Positions 59,192 to 64,000 of a DNA stretch of 64,000 bases are shown one piece after another. The position numbers and the translations under genes were made by a program. The stretch comes from a virus. The stretch lies in IMG/VR virus record IMGVR_UViG_3300047480_000598, positions 98,336-162,335 of that record. One strand, given 5' to 3'. Position 1 is the stretch's first letter. The number at the start of each line of letters is the position of its first letter. The notes beneath the pieces were generated by a model, which saw only the letters and a list, made by a program, of their open reading frames with translations, made no database searches and was not told the origin of the DNA.

Positions 59192-59802
59192 TTAGACTTT
59201 TTGGTCGGAACCAACTCCTCTGCTTTCCTTCTAAAAGATGCTGCTTCTTTAGAAAGTTTATCGGCTTGTGAGCGATAATATTTTGCTTCGTCTTCCACGG
59301 TATCAAACGACACTGGATCGACGTTAATTACAGCAGGTTCTTCTGCTGGAGAAGTTTTAAGTTCTGTTGCAGTAGCAACTTCTTTTATCTCTGCCTTTGA
59401 ATTTCCTAATCCGTCTTTAACAGCCAAGTCGTCAATTGCAACTCCTCTTTGCTCAGCAATAATCTGATTTAATTCGGACAGCAAAATTGAAGTTCCGATA
59501 GTCGGCAGCATTTCAACTTCGCCAGTTGCAACTTTAATCAGTTTTCCTTTTGCATGTAATGACGGTAACATACGGCTTCCGTCTGGAAATTGTGTTCTAT
59601 CTAATGCTTCGGCTAATTCGTTTGCTTCTTGCGCAGCAGCACTTTCGACTAAGTTAATAAGAGCATTGTGATAGCTATCGTCTAACGATTCTGTAGGGAT
59701 AACTAAACAGTTATATGCATCACCGGGTAATGTTCTAAATGCAACTAAAACTTTACGGCCCGACTGTTTCATACGACCTACATGTTTTAATTGATTAGCC
59801 AT
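59188..59802 (-). CDS. Hypothetical protein
   Basis: 204-aa ORF in the operon. Confidence 0.75.
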   Translation of the reverse strand: MANQLKHVGRMKQSGRKVLVAFRTLPGDAYNCLVIPTESLDDSYHNALINLVESAAAQEANELAEALDRTQFPDGSRMLPSLHAKGKLIKVATGEVEMLPTIGTSILLSELNQIIAEQRGVAIDDLAVKDGLGNSKAEIKEVATATELKTSPAEEPAVINVDPVSFDTVEDEAKYYRSQADKLSKEAASFRRKAEELVPTKKSK

Positions 59803-60028
59803 TCTTCTTACCTTGTTGTTCGGCTTGCTTAGCCACTTGATCTAAGAATGCTGTTAGCTTAGTATACGTTTGGCCAACAACAGACATTTCGTTCGGTTTA
59901 AATGCGCCTCTAGAACTTGCAATGTCAATAATTACTTTCATTGCATTTAGATCATTTAAATTTAATTCTGTAGCAGATTCAGGTTGTACTTCTGAGTTTT
60001 CTTGAATCTGATCTTTTTCTTCTGACAT
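59795..60028 (-). CDS. Hypothetical protein
   Basis: 77 aa with an AGGAGG RBS and an IIDIASSRGAF motif. Confidence 0.75.
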   Translation of the reverse strand: MSEEKDQIQENSEVQPESATELNLNDLNAMKVIIDIASSRGAFKPNEMSVVGQTYTKLTAFLDQVAKQAEQQGKKNG

Positions 60029-60056
60029 AATACCTCCTTTGCAAAGTACTATGTAG

Positions 60057-60344
60057 TTATCTTGTATTTAAATGAGGACAGGCAATCTTGAAAAAACTTA
60101 GATCTTTTTCTGATTCAAATCCAAGTTTCGTAGTGTAGATAATATTGTTATTAGCATCTAAGCCAATGTCCTGGCCGATGTAATATCGATTGTTTAAGTT
60201 AGTCAAAATCCACTTATCGAATAATCTAACGAGAGTAGGATTATATTCGTTGAAAGTTGTATATTTAAAATGCGGAGGAGAAAATTCTACTCTCCGCATC
60301 TTAAAATAATTTAACGGATTAGGTTTACCGTTCTTTAAAGCCAC
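60057..60344 (-). CDS. Hypothetical protein
   Basis: 95-aa ORF in the operon. Confidence 0.65.
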   Translation of the reverse strand: MALKNGKPNPLNYFKMRRVEFSPPHFKYTTFNEYNPTLVRLFDKWILTNLNNRYYIGQDIGLDANNNIIYTTKLGFESEKDLSFFKIACPHLNTR

Positions 60345-60346
60345 TA

Positions 60347-61525
60347 TTAAGTTCCCGCTGAAAACGTATAGTATGCATATTCACCGAACGGCGGAACAAT
60401 AGTGTTATTACCGTGAATAATGAACACAGTATCGCAATATCCTTCATCACCCCAAGAACCACACGGATAACCATCTGTGAACATAATGAACTTCTTCGGT
60501 TGAATCTCGTTTTCCTTCATGTATTCCCAGTTAGCTTCGAATGCAGTACCACCGCCGCCTGCGATTTGATAGTTTACAAATTCATCTGAATTGTAACCAT
60601 CAAAATCTGCTTCGTTATATACAGCAGTATCAAAACACCACAGTTTAAGTTTAAAGTCTTTAAACTCGTCCATAATGCCTTTGACTTCGGTTAAAAAGTC
60701 TCTTGCTTCTACAGCACCGATTGATCCGGACATATCGAGTGCAACACATACATCGATAGTTTCGGCAAAACTAGTACCTGGAAGAACAGCGTTCATATGC
60801 CAGCCCTTACGGTTAGGACGCATGAATGTATAGTCGTTTCGAATAATGCTTTGAATTTGCTGACGGATAATATCTCGCCAGTTCATCTTCGGTTCAGTTA
60901 GTTCTTTAATTAGTCTTGCTACGCCTGCAGGAGTATTACCTGCACCTGCGGCTTGTGCAGCCGATACAGTAGCTTCTCTAATCTCGTCTCTAATTGCTTT
61001 CAGTTCTTCTTTAGTATATGTAGGCTGACCGTTTCCGGAACTTTTTTCCCAGTCGATATGTTCGTCAAGTAGCTTACCGAGTGCATCAAGCATATCAGAG
61101 TCCATCTTTTCATAGATGTCATCATAGACTTGTTCTGCACTCCACCCGTAGTATTTTTGATCGTGAAACATTTGAAAATCCTTAATAGGATCTCCGATAC
61201 GATCTCTTACTAGTTGCCCGTTAACACAGTAGTCTGCGGCAGCATTAAAAATCTTTCGATCTCTACCTTCACATCGTCCCATGTGGTCAAATACGTTATG
61301 CAGAATTTCGTGAGCAATAACAAATTCAACATTTTTGTTAGTAAGTGTTTCAAAGAAATCACGATTAAAATAAATTGATCGACCGTCGGTTGCAGCAGTT
61401 TTACACCAGTCACTGCCGTCTTCGATTTTAAGACGTGTAGCCATATTACCAAAGAACGGATGTCTTAGTAACAATCCAACTCGTGCTACAATAATCTTGT
61501 CAATAACTGGATCTAAGTGTGCCAT
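60347..61525 (-). CDS. Metallopeptidase-like + vWA domain protein (DUF2201-type)
   Basis: Motifs TAATDG, HEILH (HExxH), MIDAS DMSGS, GGGGT and FTDG. Confidence 0.9.
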   Translation of the reverse strand: MAHLDPVIDKIIVARVGLLLRHPFFGNMATRLKIEDGSDWCKTAATDGRSIYFNRDFFETLTNKNVEFVIAHEILHNVFDHMGRCEGRDRKIFNAAADYCVNGQLVRDRIGDPIKDFQMFHDQKYYGWSAEQVYDDIYEKMDSDMLDALGKLLDEHIDWEKSSGNGQPTYTKEELKAIRDEIREATVSAAQAAGAGNTPAGVARLIKELTEPKMNWRDIIRQQIQSIIRNDYTFMRPNRKGWHMNAVLPGTSFAETIDVCVALDMSGSIGAVEARDFLTEVKGIMDEFKDFKLKLWCFDTAVYNEADFDGYNSDEFVNYQIAGGGGTAFEANWEYMKENEIQPKKFIMFTDGYPCGSWGDEGYCDTVFIIHGNNTIVPPFGEYAYYTFSAGT

Positions 61526-61555
61526 ATAAATGTCCTACGTTTTACAATAGTATAT

Positions 61556-61584
61556 AGTATAACACCGCCCGGAGGCGGTGTCAA
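61556..61584 (-). promoter_or_regulatory. Sigma70-like promoter with a palindromic spacer
   Basis: TTGACA-N17-TATACT with an extended TG; the spacer is part of ACACCGCC-TCCG-GGCGGTGT. Confidence 0.7.
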
Positions 61585-61604
61585 TTACTACAATATCCGA
61601 ATAA

Positions 61605-62693
61605 TTATTTTTCGGTTGCCTGTGCAATATACTTACCGAACTTTGAATGGAACTCGTCGAAGCAGTCAATTTCGTCCGGATCCAGTGGCAACTTGTAAGT
61701 AGACAGCGCCATCTTAGTACCCATAATAACAAGTTCAGTTTCGAAATTGTTCATAATAAAGTTAAAGAAGTGATTAACTTGATTGTTCCAGTCATTAGCC
61801 TTCTTATCACATGCTTCCTTCAATTCATAGCACAGTGACACAGTCAAAGAGTACATTGCTGAAATCTCTTTAGATTCCATCTTAGTAACCTTACCGCTAA
61901 GAATGTCAGTCGGAGCAGGCATCTTGCTAGCAATCTTACGATGTGCCATAAACTTTACAGCAAGACCTTCACCGATCGACCCAGAAGTCAGATCTGATAA
62001 AGTATCTGCATCGGTGTCGTCGTCGGTAAGCAATTCACTTACAAAGCACCATGATCGAGGAGTTGCAAATGCACGTGAAGAAGACTTCGGATCAAAATCA
62101 TACAAGTCCTTCTTGCTAAAAGTAAGGAAGCCGAGTACATCCTTATGGATCCTATTGTCAGCAGCCCAGTCAAACCAGTCATCCCAGTCAACTTGCATTT
62201 CGAGATGCACAAAACGATTTGCAAGCGGAGCCGGCATACGATATGTTACACCCTTGTCGGTTTCTCTATTACCTGCTGCAACCATTACAACATTGTCAGG
62301 AAGTTCATAAGTACCAACACGGCGATTAAGAACAAGCTGATATGCTGCTGCTTGTACAGCCGGTGCTGCACTATTCATTTCGTCCATAAACAAGATAATC
62401 ATCTTGTGATTTGCGGCAAAATCTTTACTCGGCAATTCAGCAGGCGGTGCCCATCGCATAGTACTGTCATTGCTATCAAAGTACGGAATGCCTTTAATAT
62501 CAGTCGGTTCCCACAATGAAAGTCGAACATCGATTACATGAGCATCGAGCTCAGAACCAAGCTGTTTAATAATGTCCGACTTGCCGATACCAGGAGGTCC
62601 CCACAAAAAGATTGGACGCTTACTATTGAACGCCTTACGCAGTGCCTTCTTAGCACCTTTAGGACCAACAGTACGGCTAATAATTTCACTCAT
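61605..62693 (-). CDS. MoxR/dynein-related AAA+ ATPase
   Basis: Walker A GPPGIGKS, Walker B LFMDE, AAGNR and LANRF; paired with the vWA gene. Confidence 0.9.
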   Translation of the reverse strand: MSEIISRTVGPKGAKKALRKAFNSKRPIFLWGPPGIGKSDIIKQLGSELDAHVIDVRLSLWEPTDIKGIPYFDSNDSTMRWAPPAELPSKDFAANHKMIILFMDEMNSAAPAVQAAAYQLVLNRRVGTYELPDNVVMVAAGNRETDKGVTYRMPAPLANRFVHLEMQVDWDDWFDWAADNRIHKDVLGFLTFSKKDLYDFDPKSSSRAFATPRSWCFVSELLTDDDTDADTLSDLTSGSIGEGLAVKFMAHRKIASKMPAPTDILSGKVTKMESKEISAMYSLTVSLCYELKEACDKKANDWNNQVNHFFNFIMNNFETELVIMGTKMALSTYKLPLDPDEIDCFDEFHSKFGKYIAQATEK

Positions 62694-62749
62694 GTATAAT
62701 TACCTATGTGTGTGGTTGAAAAAGTTAAGTAATTTCTTACTATGCATAC

Positions 62750-62778
62750 ATTGTATAGCCAACGGCATAATGTGTCAA
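62750..62778 (-). promoter_or_regulatory. Sigma70-like (early) promoter
   Basis: TTGACA-N17-TACAAT upstream of the AAA+ gene. Confidence 0.7.
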
Positions 62779-62785
62779 TAAGTTT

Positions 62786-63175
62786 TTAAGAATTTTTTTC
62801 ACGTTCTGTCATAGCTTTAATTAAGCCGTATTTTCGAATGTCATCTGAAAATAAACAAAGTTCAAATGATTTCTTTTCTGAAAATACTGTAATGCTATCT
62901 TTTCTTAAATGATAAGGACAATCAATATACCTTTCTAAAAATATAATAGTTTGAGGACTTAATTCAACATATTCAGTAAATGGGATTTCGTACGATTTTA
63001 AGTTTAAAGTTTGTTGAAGAAACTCTAACCCTTCGTCAGTAAGTCGTAACGCAGATTGCTTACTAGCTCTGTTGCATTGCCACCACTTGTAACTATACAG
63101 TTTTACATTTGCGTCGTCAACACTTTTACCCCATTGATTGAGAAATATTTTTGTTAACGAGTTTCTAGTGATCAT
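62786..63175 (-). CDS. Hypothetical protein
   Basis: 129 aa with an LRLTDEG winged-helix-like motif. Confidence 0.7.
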   Translation of the reverse strand: MITRNSLTKIFLNQWGKSVDDANVKLYSYKWWQCNRASKQSALRLTDEGLEFLQQTLNLKSYEIPFTEYVELSPQTIIFLERYIDCPYHLRKDSITVFSEKKSFELCLFSDDIRKYGLIKAMTEREKNS

Positions 63176-63456
63176 TTTACAATAGTGCCAGATGTTAGTT
63201 TAACAACTTCAAAGTCGGTTGTATTAAAAGTAGTATTCAATTTTTTAGCTAAATTACGAGCATGTCCAGGATTACTAAAACTAACCTTTTTATATTTAGG
63301 ACCAGGGTAACTTGTAAGGCTATTAAAGCTCTTTAAATTGAAAGGTTCATTTTTATAAAAGACAGCCCAAATTGCATCTGCTTCTAAAATTTGTTCTGCA
63401 CGATAATTTTTTTTATTTACGTGTTCTAATATTATACGCGGTTTCGGTCTCGACAT
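63172..63456 (-). CDS. Hypothetical basic protein
   Basis: 94 aa starting MSRPKP, with a GGAG RBS and late-type GATAAATA upstream. Confidence 0.75.
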   Translation of the reverse strand: MSRPKPRIILEHVNKKNYRAEQILEADAIWAVFYKNEPFNLKSFNSLTSYPGPKYKKVSFSNPGHARNLAKKLNTTFNTTDFEVVKLTSGTIVK

Positions 63457-63491
63457 TTATCTCTCCGGATAACTACGTATATTTATCTAGT

Positions 63492-63734
63492 TTATTCGTC
63501 GAAATTCCCGCCGTCCATGCTAATCGAAACTACATCCGACGACGAATTAGTTTTAAGCTCGTGTAGTAACTGCTCGTAATCTTGATTAACTTTATCTAAG
63601 AGCTCTGTTAATGTAAGACTTAGCAATCGAGCCTGAAGTATAGTCATCTTAACATCTTTTGATTGAGTTAGTTCGGCAGACTTTACTTGTTGTATAAATT
63701 GAGCAACAGGGGATATATTAATTTGATTTTGCAT
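63492..63734 (-). CDS. Hypothetical protein
   Basis: 80-aa ORF. Confidence 0.65.
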   Translation of the reverse strand: MQNQINISPVAQFIQQVKSAELTQSKDVKMTILQARLLSLTLTELLDKVNQDYEQLLHELKTNSSSDVVSISMDGGNFDE

Positions 63735-64000
63735 TTGATAGCACTGATTTCATTTCTGTTTCTGTTTTGAACGGGCCTTTATGTGGATATCGTTCGATAG
63801 TAATTAGCTTAGGACAAAAACTTTTAACCCATCCTTTATCAAACTTAATAACATAATACCCTGCACAATAGATACTTTTACTTTGTTCGCTTTTTGTGAA
63901 CAGTGGCAATTTCTGTCGAACATCAAACATAGAATTATACGGCTTACAAGAACACGGATAACCGTTTACTTCTTTAACTTGCGTAGTCGAAACTTTAACT
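63718..64000 (-). CDS. Hypothetical protein (5' end outside the window)
   Basis: The frame stays open upstream of the listed ATG at 63930 to the window edge (VKVSTTQVKEVNGYPCSCKPYNSMFDVRQ...). Confidence 0.7.
   Translation of the reverse strand, partial: VKVSTTQVKEVNGYPCSCKPYNSMFDVRQKLPLFTKSEQSKSIYCAGYYVIKFDKGWVKSFCPKLITIERYPHKGPFKTETEMKSVLSNAKSN

Noticed and set aside
1-64000. Stop-codon reassignment (alternative genetic code)
   Set aside because: Conserved genes, including a 14.6-kb ORF, are intact in the standard code, and TAA, TAG and TGA all occur as stops.

Overview
AT-rich segment (roughly one-third GC by eye) of a large T4-like contractile-tailed phage genome, read with the standard genetic code. 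The left arm (minus strand) carries fibre/structural genes, a compact major capsid protein (gp23), scaffold (gp22), prohead protease (gp21), an acidic core-protein gene split by a +1 frameshift, portal (gp20) and a tape-measure-like gene. A divergent gp26-like chaperone gene ends in a -1 slippery site. A minus-strand operon (gp55 late sigma, gp47, gp46, Hc1-like protein, stand-alone GIY-YIG nuclease) runs directly into a ~530-nt ORF-free, densely base-paired region that looks like a large structured ncRNA; this is the most interesting feature. A plus-strand baseplate/tail block follows: gp48/54-like, gp53, hub, gp5, gp25, gp6, a ~4,860-aa giant protein and three paralogous fibres. It is followed by a glycosyltransferase cluster with its own promoter. 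The right arm (minus strand) has thyA, DHFR, a MoxR-type AAA+/vWA-metallopeptidase pair and hypothetical genes. I saw no tRNA, rRNA, CRISPR array or transposase. Product calls come from motif recognition and synteny, not database searches.
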